DNA from: Candidatus Oxydemutator sp.
GTDB lineage: Bacteria; Pseudomonadota; Gammaproteobacteria; Poriferisulfidales; Oxydemutatoraceae
Assembly (NCBI GenBank): GCA_965203445.1
Contig: OZ241883.1
Location: 1,408,001 to 1,472,000 of the forward strand
Reading direction: 5' to 3'
DNA length: 64,000 nt
The notes below the pieces were generated by a model. The model was not told the origin of the DNA. It was given only the letters and a program-made list of their open reading frames with translations, and made no database searches. Numbering within the stretch: position 1 is the stretch's first letter; each line of letters opens with the position of its first letter. A program made the position numbers and the translations under genes. Positions 51,719-60,864 of the stretch are shown one piece after another.

Positions 51719-54326
51719 GTTGTGATCTAGAGGCTTTGGTCGGTTACACTACCAATAAGAAGAGACAATACAAATGCACCTGTTGTGAATTGCGGATAGG
51801 CTTTGGTCGGTTACACTTCGGCTCCAGGCGGCGGCGCCGACAAGCTCGTTGTGAATTGCGGATAGGCTTTGGTCGGTTACACTCAAATACGCCATCGGTC
51901 TGGCCCCTTTCCTGTTGTGAATTGCGGATAGGCTTTGGTCGGTTACACTATCCGCTGATGGACATGATGGTGGCCCGCCGTTGTGAATTGCGGATAGGCT
52001 TTGGTCGGTTACACTGAAGAGCCGGAATTACAATTACATCCGGAAGTTGTGAATTGCGGATAGGCTTTGGTCGGTTACACTTTCTTTCTTCTTCTCGAAG
52101 AGTTTTGCACGGTTGTGAATTGCGGATAGGCTTTGGTCGGTTACACTAGGAAACGAGAAAGGTATTGATGCAAACAGGTTGTGAATTGCGGATAGGCTTT
52201 GGTCGGTTACACTCATGCGAGTGGGCGGGAGATGAACCGGCCAGTTGTGAATTGCGGATAGGCTTTGGTCGGTTACACTAAAAAATCAGAGATTGGACAA
52301 TAAAAACTAGTTGTGAATTGCGGATAGGCTTTGGTCGGTTACACTTTCGGTGTAATAATCCCCCCATATCGCGCAGTTGTGAATTGCGGATAGGCTTTGG
52401 TCGGTTACACTGTGAAGCTAAAAGTAGCGTTCAACGTAGCGGTTGTGAATTGCGGATAGGCTTTGGTCGGTTACACTGCCCTGCGAGGAGATCGCAGAGT
52501 CGCTCGGGTTGTGAATTGCGGATAGGCTTTGGTCGGTTACACTCAGGGGATTGTTGCCTTCCTGGTGCGTGGTGTTGTGAATTGCGGATAGGCTTTGGTC
52601 GGTTACACTGCCCTGCGAGGAGATCGCAGAGTCGCTCGGGTTGTGAATTGCGGATAGGCTTTGGTCGGTTACACTCAGGGGATTGTTGCCTTCCTGGTGC
52701 GTGGTGTTGTGAATTGCGGATAGGCTTTGGTCGGTTACACTGGTCCGCGATCACAAATGCCTTGTCCAGCGGTTGTGAATTGCGGATAGGCTTTGGTCGG
52801 TTACACTTGGTCGCAGGTAGCACGCTGGAAAGAGTGTGTTGTGAATTGCGGATAGGCTTTGGTCGGTTACACTTGTTCCGTGCACGGTTCTAATAGCCTC
52901 GTGGTTGTGAATTGCGGATAGGCTTTGGTCGGTTACACTAAACCTCCCGGACTTCATCCGCGCTCCACTGTTGTGAATTGCGGATAGGCTTTGGTCGGTT
53001 ACACTCCAAAAAAGGAGAAAAACATGTTGCCAAAGTTGTGAATTGCGGATAGGCTTTGGTCGGTTACACTTTCGGTGTTTCGGTGTTATCTGTAGGCTTT
53101 GTTGTGAATTGCGGATAGGCTTTGGTCGGTTACACTCATATGCTCTATCGCCTTGGGCAGTCGGATGTTGTGAATTGCGGATAGGCTTTGGTCGGTTACA
53201 CTTCTGGGCGCAAATCCAGCGCTGGAAAGATAGGTTGTGAATTGCGGATAGGCTTTGGTCGGTTACACTCTGCATCCCAATCTCGTCCATGCTCGTCCTG
53301 TTGTGAATTGCGGATAGGCTTTGGTCGGTTACACTTTTCAGCAAAAAAGGGACCCTCGATTTTTGGTTGTGAATTGCGGATAGGCTTTGGTCGGTTACAC
53401 TATTCCTCCTATTCATAAAACATACAGGGACGTTGTGAATTGCGGATAGGCTTTGGTCGGTTACACTTTGATTACTCATCGTATCTCCTCCAGTTTCGTT
53501 GTGAATTGCGGATAGGCTTTGGTCGGTTACACTTTGTCGGTCGTGGTCTCGTTATCCTCATGAGTTGTGAATTGCGGATAGGCTTTGGTCGGTTACACTT
53601 GCACGACTCCGGTCCGCCGCGGCAGAAGTGTTGTGAATTGCGGATAGGCTTTGGTCGGTTACACTGGATATGTTGATAAACGCCGTGCGGCGCGGTTGTG
53701 AATTGCGGATAGGCTTTGGTCGGTTACACTTTTTGCACATTTCTTACCTATAAGCGCGAGGTTGTGAATTGCGGATAGGCTTTGGTCGGTTACACTATTC
53801 CTCGCTATCCCGGCAATCACGATCTGGTTGTGAATTGCGGATAGGCTTTGGTCGGTTACACTCTCGACAGCTTTTCCAAAAGCTTTATCTTCGTTGTGAA
53901 TTGCGGATAGGCTTTGGTCGGTTACACTCCTGAATTATGACCCGGAAAACAGTGATCCGCGTTGTGAATTGCGGATAGGCTTTGGTCGGTTACACTAATC
54001 TGTAATTTTGATTTCCTGCCCCGGCGTTGTGAATTGCGGATAGGCTTTGGTCGGTTACACTAAAATTATTTTGAACTTGAAAAGCGTATTTTGTTGTGAA
54101 TTGCGGATAGGCTTTGGTCGGTTACACTAGGTAATGAATACTTTACTGAGGTAACTGAGTTGTGAATTGCGGATAGGCTTTGGTCGGTTACACTAAGAAG
54201 GAGGAAGAGTGATGTTCAGTGATTGTTGTGAATTGCGGATAGGCTTTGGTCGGTTACACTCCGGCAGATAAAGTGGCCGCTATTCAATATGTTGTGAATT
54301 GCGGATAGGCTTTGGTCGGTTACACT
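51719..54326 (+). CRISPR. Type II-C CRISPR array: 39 full 36-bp repeats plus 1 degenerate repeat, 39 spacers of 29-32 bp
   Basis: Repeat GTTGTGAATTGCGGATAGGCTTTGGTCGGTTACACT, counted by hand; degenerate copy at 51719-51750. Confidence 0.98.
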
Positions 54327-54376
54327 ATCCCTTTCACAGCTATTTGAATTTGCTGAGAGTTTTTGGCGAGGAAAGA

Positions 54377-54709
54377 TTACAGGAACGATAGTTGAGGTGG
54401 CGGTTGTTCCACTGGCTTTCGTTTTTTTCCATAGTAGACCTGTATTTTTCCGAATTGTTTGTCGGTGATTTTCAGGATTCTGACCTCGCCATGTGGTGGC
54501 AGGTGATGTCGGACTCGCGTTATATGGACTTGTGTATTTTCTTCGCTGGCGCAATGGCGCATATATACGGAGTACTGCATCATGCTGAAGCCGTCATTCA
54601 GGAGGTGCTTACGAAACAAAGCATACCGCTTTCTTGCCTGCGGTGTCTCTGTCGGAAGATCAAATAACACTATGACCCACATAGTGTACATCCCCCCGAA
54701 GGTGAACAT
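54377..54709 (-). CDS. cas2: CRISPR-associated endonuclease Cas2
   Basis: MWVIVLFDLP, FRKHLLNDGFSMMQYSVY, ITDKQF. Confidence 0.95.
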   Translation of the reverse strand: MFTFGGMYTMWVIVLFDLPTETPQARKRYALFRKHLLNDGFSMMQYSVYMRHCASEENTQVHITRVRHHLPPHGEVRILKITDKQFGKIQVYYGKKRKPVEQPPPQLSFL

Positions 54710-55605
54710 CAGGTGTTCTCTATCCTTGTCGGGATCTCCAGTTTTTTTGTCTCACCAGAGATGGCAGATTTCAGATTTGCCGCCATGTGATGACTGGCAA
54801 CCATCAAGGGCATGCGGTTTCCTTTCCACGTGACTGTATCGCCGATCAAGCCCAGCAATTTCTGTTTGTTGTTTTTAGAGATTTCCGGTTCCGTTTCTTG
54901 TCGTGCAATCTGCCAGACCAGTAGATCAACCCACGGGCGGAATGGTTCCATCATGTCGTCGGCCAGACACAGACTATTGTATTGATTTTTGTGATGCAAT
55001 CCTAAAGACGGATGCAATCCAGTGCCGACCAATGCTCTTGCCACCATCGCTCGCACAATCGCATAGCCGTAATTCAATAGCGCATTGATGCCTCCCTGAT
55101 CTTGATTGCGGCGGAAAGTCGGCCCCATCAGGGAGCGCCAATACAGTTGCGCCGCTTGTGCCTCATGGTTTTCGCTGTCTCCGGTCTTTACTTTGGCAAC
55201 CATTCGATCCAAAGCAGGTGAAGAAACGCCCATGCGTTTCAGTGTGTCCGCCTGCTGGCCGATTTTGTGACGGACTATCTGACGCCATAGCTGTTTGCAA
55301 GTCGGCTTGGAAATAGATGTTTGGCGTTCCAGTACTTTCGTATGCAGGCTGTGTCCTTCGCTGACTGGTAAGACTATGGAATAGGGAAGATGCCGCGGAT
55401 CGCAAAAAATGATGACGGCGTTATTTTCCTGGCAAGCGACTATCACTGCCTGTGTGATGACGATGGCCGGATGTTGCAATATCAATACACCGATGTCTTC
55501 GACGGGGATTGTGGCAACTGTTTCTTCCCTTTTTTCGACCAGCAACTGATTGTTGCGAAGCCTGATGCAGGCGTGTTCGCTAATGTCAACGATGCGCTTA
55601 ATCAT
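54709..55605 (-). CDS. cas1: Type II CRISPR-associated endonuclease Cas1
   Basis: IPVEDIG, EAQAAQLYW, NALLNYGY, LADDMMEPFR. Confidence 0.96.
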   Translation of the reverse strand: MIKRIVDISEHACIRLRNNQLLVEKREETVATIPVEDIGVLILQHPAIVITQAVIVACQENNAVIIFCDPRHLPYSIVLPVSEGHSLHTKVLERQTSISKPTCKQLWRQIVRHKIGQQADTLKRMGVSSPALDRMVAKVKTGDSENHEAQAAQLYWRSLMGPTFRRNQDQGGINALLNYGYAIVRAMVARALVGTGLHPSLGLHHKNQYNSLCLADDMMEPFRPWVDLLVWQIARQETEPEISKNNKQKLLGLIGDTVTWKGNRMPLMVASHHMAANLKSAISGETKKLEIPTRIENT

Positions 55606-58600
55606 TCTATGATCTTGCCTATGGCATTTACATTTACCTTTTGCATTTGATACGTATTCATGAGAGTTGATATCGGTTTGTGTAATTTCTCGCTGGAGTT
55701 GTCTGTAGTAGATGCAGTATGTAGCCGCAACATCAGCATGTTGATAAGTTGATCGAGTTTTTGCACCCGATAAACTCCTTGCCCACTTCCGTTCTTGATG
55801 ATGACAAGATCATTAATGTGCAGTGCCATTAAGAACTCGTAGTGCTCGCCATGATCTATTTTGACAATAGGGCATTTGTTTCGTTTGATTCCGCGGGTAC
55901 GATGCGCGGCTTCCATCATGGTGACAAATACACCTTCATATTCTTGTGTTTTCTTATGCCTGATAATTTCAACGTGGTGTGTGTTCCCATACGTCATCCA
56001 TTTGAAAGGCTTACCTTGTTTATCAACAATGCCGTATTTCCTGTTTTCCAAGTCTCGCTTTTTTATTTTCGCTTGCAGTGTGCGCACACGCTTGATCGGC
56101 GTTGTGCCGTCTTTGTGATACACGGTTTTTCCTTCGGAAAATGCTTCTCTAGGCTTGTTGCCATATTGCTCCAAATGAGTGAGTACTTGTTTTTTGACGA
56201 CTGGGTCAATAATTTTTTTGACCTGGGGAAGGGTAATAGCGCTATCCAGGCTTTTTCTGTACACCGTCCCGATTCCTTCAATGAAACCGGCCCCGGTATC
56301 CTCATGCAAAGCCCCGCTTATCTTTCTTATCGGGACGTGAGAAACTATGACTTTCTTCAAGTGCCTTTTGGTTTCGTCGCACAGTTCGGGCCAGGGAGGG
56401 GCTGTGAGAAGGTCACGCATAGTCAATCCGGTGCGCTCATCCGCATTCAGCTTTTTGGCATTTTTCACCAACGCGTCATAGAAACCTTTGTCTATACAAG
56501 CGGTGACTACGGCATCTATCGCATGGTGACGATGGTCGTCTCGTTCTTTTTCGCCTGTTTCGCCAAGCAGATGATTCAAACCCCAGTGGCGACGCAGCCA
56601 GTCGGTCATCACGCCCCGCGTAAAAGTGATCTTGACGCCAAGTGATTCAAGATATTTGCGGGCTTCCGTGCAGATGTATCTTGTGTCGTTTAATTGATTG
56701 GCACTAAAACCATTTTCCGCTAAATTGGACGCGGTCCGGTAAAATTTATTCCGCTTTGATTCCAGGCCCTTGTCCCAGCGATCAATCGCCTGGGTAATCT
56801 GCTCCCACTTTTCTTTGTCGCCGCCATAAGCGTCTTTCGGTGTCTTGTTCCCCTTCTGGCGATTCTCTTGCGCGTAACAGACTACTTTGTTCATATAAGA
56901 GTCATCCAATGACTGGCTCAACGGCAAGATATGATCAATTTCTACCTGATCACTGAATAGAGTTTCTAAACCGATGGGCTGGTTGCTGTAGGCGCATAGT
57001 TCTTTCTGCTCTTTCCACAGGCGATATTTGATTTTGTCGGTGCGCGTCGCTCGAGAACTCATCGTTCGGTTGCTCTCGGCGATAGCGCTCTTCTTTTCTT
57101 CAGCCTCCTGATTGGCTTTAGTGTTTTCCTTTTGCCGTTCCATATGCTTTTTGTATCGCTTTGTGTTCATCTCCAAATCACGCGCCATTTCTATGCGAAT
57201 GACGTCCGGTTTTCCGTGCTCGGCGATAATTGCATTGACCACGCGGCGCAGTTCATGCAGCGCCTTCTGGACTATGGGGTTCGGGATTTCCGGAGGGAGT
57301 CCCAAACGTTTTACAGGTTCGGGTTGTTTTTGTTCGTAACCATATCCGGCGGTTTCCCTTGCTTTCGAGTATATTTCCCCTTCCATGAGGAACGGCAACA
57401 TCTTTTTGATTGCCTTGGAAGAAAGATTGGAATGGCCCGGTTCAAACTCGATCATGCAAAGACGTACGGCGGTGTTTCCGTCCAAGCCCCAATGTTGGAT
57501 CAGTCTATTTTTCAGAACCGGTTTTTTCTTTATCGTGATCAAGTCCTCCGCCAGTTCCTCTTGTTTTTCCCGTGAGTAGTCATCCCACTCAGGCAAAACC
57601 GCTCTTATGGCGCAAGCGGTGGTGTTCCCCTTCAAGTCTTTTATGTCGGTGTCCAGCTGAAACTTGATGGTTTGAGCAAAACCAAGGCATTTACGAATTT
57701 TTTTAAGCGTTGGTTTCGGGTCGGTTTCAAACAGCCGCCGCAGTTTTTCTTTGCCTTTTTCGTCCAAGAATACGTATTCTTCCTTGTCGGGATCAAAATA
57801 GCGCAAGTGGTTTATGTCCAGCAGATAGCGGAATTTCTGGTACTCCAGTCGTGCCGTCCGACAACGCCGATAATTTTTTTCCAGTGAGCATTTGCCAACC
57901 CGGTCGGGATCGAGCTTGAGCGGTCTTTGATGAAAAATAATCCGCTCCATTTTTGTTTTCACGTCATCGTCGAGTATGGAGTGATGTTCGGCTTGCTTTT
58001 CCCATATCGCATTCAGTTCTTCTTTGTACATCTGCCGGTCGGTGCGAAGATGTCCGCCGTCGTGATCACGGTTACGCTTACATGTGTGTTTGCCCAACGA
58101 GGCCAGGTATTCTCCGAGCGTTCTGCAATCAGCCCGTTCGATCTTTCCTCTTAATTCACTGATGTCTTTCTTGAAGGCCGTTTCTTCTTTGTCTTCTCCT
58201 CTGGTTTCGGAATCGTCATCGCCCATTTCGTCGAGGACCGCCATCACGTCCGGGTCATCCAGCATTTCTTGACCGAGCAAGGTTTTTTTATTGCTCAGGA
58301 AACCTCGTCTTTGCACCAGATGCAGGAGTACGCGCCCCAGCTCATATGAAGTCAGTGGTTCGTCCAGAGCTTTTGCTCTCAGTTTGTAGGGGTCGCCGAG
58401 TTCGTTAAGAACAATTTCCGGCTGCGAGTGATTCTCGAGCGAGGCCGGCAGAAGTTGCAGTCTGACGAGATAACCCAGCATGGTCTGCTTGCGTCTGGCT
58501 CTTCGTTGAAGAACCCTGCGGGCCAAGCGGCGTTTCCGGCGCTCCTGGTTTTTTGGCGTCGGTGTTTTGTCCTCGACCGCCTTGTTAAAAATGCGGACGC

Positions 58601-58706
58601 CGAGATCAATCAGCCCGATGGGTTTTTCCTCTCCATCGGTCTTAAGCAGCGCCCAACCTATGGAATTGCTGCCAAGATCCAACCCCAGGGCTTTTTTCTT
58701 GCTCAT
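55602..58706 (-). CDS. cas9: Type II-C Cas9 (1034 aa)
   Basis: LGLDLGSNSIGW (RuvC-I), Arg-rich bridge helix, IEMARD, HNH EIDHILP..DDSYMNKV, HHAIDA; no csn2 or cas4. Confidence 0.96.
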   Translation of the reverse strand: MSKKKALGLDLGSNSIGWALLKTDGEEKPIGLIDLGVRIFNKAVEDKTPTPKNQERRKRRLARRVLQRRARRKQTMLGYLVRLQLLPASLENHSQPEIVLNELGDPYKLRAKALDEPLTSYELGRVLLHLVQRRGFLSNKKTLLGQEMLDDPDVMAVLDEMGDDDSETRGEDKEETAFKKDISELRGKIERADCRTLGEYLASLGKHTCKRNRDHDGGHLRTDRQMYKEELNAIWEKQAEHHSILDDDVKTKMERIIFHQRPLKLDPDRVGKCSLEKNYRRCRTARLEYQKFRYLLDINHLRYFDPDKEEYVFLDEKGKEKLRRLFETDPKPTLKKIRKCLGFAQTIKFQLDTDIKDLKGNTTACAIRAVLPEWDDYSREKQEELAEDLITIKKKPVLKNRLIQHWGLDGNTAVRLCMIEFEPGHSNLSSKAIKKMLPFLMEGEIYSKARETAGYGYEQKQPEPVKRLGLPPEIPNPIVQKALHELRRVVNAIIAEHGKPDVIRIEMARDLEMNTKRYKKHMERQKENTKANQEAEEKKSAIAESNRTMSSRATRTDKIKYRLWKEQKELCAYSNQPIGLETLFSDQVEIDHILPLSQSLDDSYMNKVVCYAQENRQKGNKTPKDAYGGDKEKWEQITQAIDRWDKGLESKRNKFYRTASNLAENGFSANQLNDTRYICTEARKYLESLGVKITFTRGVMTDWLRRHWGLNHLLGETGEKERDDHRHHAIDAVVTACIDKGFYDALVKNAKKLNADERTGLTMRDLLTAPPWPELCDETKRHLKKVIVSHVPIRKISGALHEDTGAGFIEGIGTVYRKSLDSAITLPQVKKIIDPVVKKQVLTHLEQYGNKPREAFSEGKTVYHKDGTTPIKRVRTLQAKIKKRDLENRKYGIVDKQGKPFKWMTYGNTHHVEIIRHKKTQEYEGVFVTMMEAAHRTRGIKRNKCPIVKIDHGEHYEFLMALHINDLVIIKNGSGQGVYRVQKLDQLINMLMLRLHTASTTDNSSEKLHKPISTLMNTYQMQKVNVNAIGKIIE

Positions 58707-58732
58707 CTGAAATCTCCATGTATAATGGTAGC

Positions 58733-58836
58733 CAAGTGTACCGACCAAAGCCTATTTGCTTTTCATACCAAGAAAATGCATTTTCGTAGGCAACGCTTTC
58801 AAGCGACCAGAGCCCTCCCAGCCGGGGGCTCTTTTT
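58733..58836 (+). ncRNA. tracrRNA
   Basis: Anti-repeat AGTGTA-CCGACCAAAGCCTATTTGCTTTTCATAC at 58735; TATAAT at 58721; hairpins GAAAATGCATTTTC and CGCTTTCAAGCG; terminator follows; ends approximate. Confidence 0.85.
58809..58836 (+). terminator. Rho-independent terminator of the tracrRNA
   Basis: AGAGCCC...GGGCTCT stem followed by a T-run. Confidence 0.75.
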
Positions 58837-58894
58837 ATTCCTGCATTTACTTGATTATCCCACAACCGGCATATAATGGACCTCATCTTCCGGC

Positions 58895-58971
58895 GGCTAT
58901 GTAGCTCAGTTGGTTAGAGCACGGCATTCATAATGCCGGTGTCGCAGGTTCAAGTCCTGCCATAGCCACCA
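58895..58971 (+). tRNA. tRNA-Met (CAT, elongator-type)
   Basis: GGCTATG...CATAGCCACCA, anticodon loop TTCATAA, TATAAT upstream. Confidence 0.93.
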
Positions 58972-58972
58972 C

Positions 58973-59611
58973 TCACAACGACCAGTCGAACAACCTGCGG
59001 TACCACGGCCTCGGTCGCAGGCGGCAGGTCGCCAGCTGGCGCTCGTAGGTTGTTTTGCGGCGCTGGACTTTGTTCGCCACTTTCACCAGCCAGGTTTTGG
59101 CGGCGTAGCTTTTGCTGCGGTAGCCGCTGCGGCCCTCGTGGTAGGCCAGGTAGAGCGCGTAGGCGTTGTTCGGTTTGATCCTGAGCTCGCGCACGCTCTT
59201 GTGGTTGTACCAGCCGATGAAGTCGACCGCATCCTCGAAGTTGCTGCGTCGCGCAAGCGGACTCCTGGTTTCCTTTCTGTATTCGTCCCAGGTTTCGTCC
59301 AAGGCCTGGGCATAGCCGTACGCGGATGACTCTCTGCCGAACCACGGTAGAAACCCCAGCAATTTCCGGCGCGGCGGTTTCGCTCTGGCCTTGAACGAGG
59401 ATTCCTGATGGATAAAGGCGAGCAGCACGGCGATCGGGACGTTCCAGCGCTGTTGCGTATCCCTGGCGGCCTCATACCAGTGGGCGCGTTGCGAGAGCAT
59501 GTGGCAGGCGTCGGCGATATTGTGCGGCTGCGGCTCGGCGCAGCCGGCCAGCGCGAGGGCGGTGGCGCCGGCAATAAGTGCGCCAGCGCGCCCGTTTTTT
59601 GTTTTCTTCAT
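58973..59611 (-). CDS. Transglycosylase SLT-like lipoprotein
   Basis: Lipobox LAGC, IHQESSF, SSAYGYAQA, YLAYHEG. Confidence 0.8.
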   Translation of the reverse strand: MKKTKNGRAGALIAGATALALAGCAEPQPHNIADACHMLSQRAHWYEAARDTQQRWNVPIAVLLAFIHQESSFKARAKPPRRKLLGFLPWFGRESSAYGYAQALDETWDEYRKETRSPLARRSNFEDAVDFIGWYNHKSVRELRIKPNNAYALYLAYHEGRSGYRSKSYAAKTWLVKVANKVQRRKTTYERQLATCRLRPRPWYRRLFDWSL

Positions 59612-59633
59612 CGCCTTCGGCTTGTCCGTCGTG

Positions 59634-60485
59634 CTATCTGCGGTCCGCAGTTACCAGGATGCGGTCAAACAGGCGCGTCGTCAGCCATCGTTTCATGTAC
59701 CACAGCATTGTCGCCGAGAGTGTGATCCGGTAGCGCGTCTTCGGGCGTTTGCTTTCAAGCGCGTGCAGCAGGCAACGGACTACGGTTTCGGGTGGCTGGC
59801 GCGCGATGCGTGAGGGGTGGTCCGAACGCAGGCGCTCGCGCAGCAACTGGTGTTGCGATGCGAATCTGTCGTCTCCCGTCTCGATGCCGTGTTGCAAGTG
59901 GTGCAGACTTCTTTGCGCGAATAACGTCTGCGTCGGCCCCGGCTCGATTAGCGACACGTGGATGTCGGTATCCACCAGCTCCAGGCGCAGTGTGTCGTTC
60001 CATCCCTCCAACGCGTGTTTTGACGAAACGTAGGCGCCGTACAGTGGCATCGGCAAGTAGCCCAACAACGAGCTGTTCTGGACGATGCGCCCGTGCCCCT
60101 GCCGGCGCATCGCCGGCAACAAGCGCCTCGTCAGTTCGTGTTGGCCGAACAGATTGGTCTCGAACTGCCGCCGCAGGCTGTCGCGGGGGATGTCCTCGAG
60201 CGCGCCGTACTGGCCGTAACCGGCGTTGTTGAACAGCGCGTCGAGCGTGCCGCCGGTTTTTTCGAGTATTTGCGCGACGCAATCAACGATGCTTTGCGTA
60301 TCGTCGAGGTCGAGCCGTACGGTTTCGAAACCGTCGGCGACGAGGGTCTCGATGTCTTTCCGCGCGCGCGCGGTCGCAAACACCCGGTAGCCGCGCCGTT
60401 TCAACACGTCCGCCGCGCAGCGGCCTATGCCGGAAGAGCAGCCGGTGATCAGAATAGAGCGCGAAGTGGCGCGTGTTTCGTCCAT
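59634..60485 (-). CDS. Short-chain dehydrogenase/reductase (YbbO-like)
   Basis: ITGCSSGIG, NNAGYG, YVSSK. Confidence 0.9.
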   Translation of the reverse strand: MDETRATSRSILITGCSSGIGRCAADVLKRRGYRVFATARARKDIETLVADGFETVRLDLDDTQSIVDCVAQILEKTGGTLDALFNNAGYGQYGALEDIPRDSLRRQFETNLFGQHELTRRLLPAMRRQGHGRIVQNSSLLGYLPMPLYGAYVSSKHALEGWNDTLRLELVDTDIHVSLIEPGPTQTLFAQRSLHHLQHGIETGDDRFASQHQLLRERLRSDHPSRIARQPPETVVRCLLHALESKRPKTRYRITLSATMLWYMKRWLTTRLFDRILVTADRR

Positions 60486-60490
60486 TTCGC

Positions 60491-60808
60491 TCAGTTGCCC
60501 GCCGGCTTGCGGCAGACGTAGATACCGAATACCTGGCGCGCGTTCTCGATTTGCGAGGTCGGCAGCACGGTGTCGCCGCCGATGCGCCTGGCGAAATTGC
60601 GCGCTTCGTTCTCGAGCCCCTCTGCGATTTTCTCCTCGCTGAGCACCGTCGAGTGAAACTTGCCGAGTCCCACGCGGGTGCTGCCGATCTGGTCGCACCG
60701 CTTGACGCCCTCCGGGTCGCCGACGCGAACCGCGCGTCCGTCAAGCGTCAGCTGCGGCGTGCAAGCGGCGACGAGCAGCGCGAGCGCGACGGTATGCGCG
60801 TGTCTCAT
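60491..60808 (-). CDS. DUF4156-like lipoprotein
   Basis: Lipobox VAAC, C..IG, ARNFARRIGGDTV, terminal Y.C. Confidence 0.65.
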   Translation of the reverse strand: MRHAHTVALALLVAACTPQLTLDGRAVRVGDPEGVKRCDQIGSTRVGLGKFHSTVLSEEKIAEGLENEARNFARRIGGDTVLPTSQIENARQVFGIYVCRKPAGN

Positions 60809-60864
60809 CAGGGTCTGGGGGCGTCGTCCGTCATGTCGGGCCTGCCACGCTCCATTATATCCCC

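Noticed and set aside
51751-54290. Self-targeting spacers against this window
   Set aside because: None noticed by eye, but I could not search exhaustively; a BLASTN-short search is needed
51664-54554. ORFs with repeating CELRIGFGRLH / SVTDQSLSAIHN peptides
   Set aside because: They are translations of the CRISPR repeats, not proteins
58895-58971. tRNA-Met as att site for the CRISPR-Cas island
   Set aside because: The island lies 5' of the tRNA, and I see no duplicated tRNA fragment near ychF and no integrase
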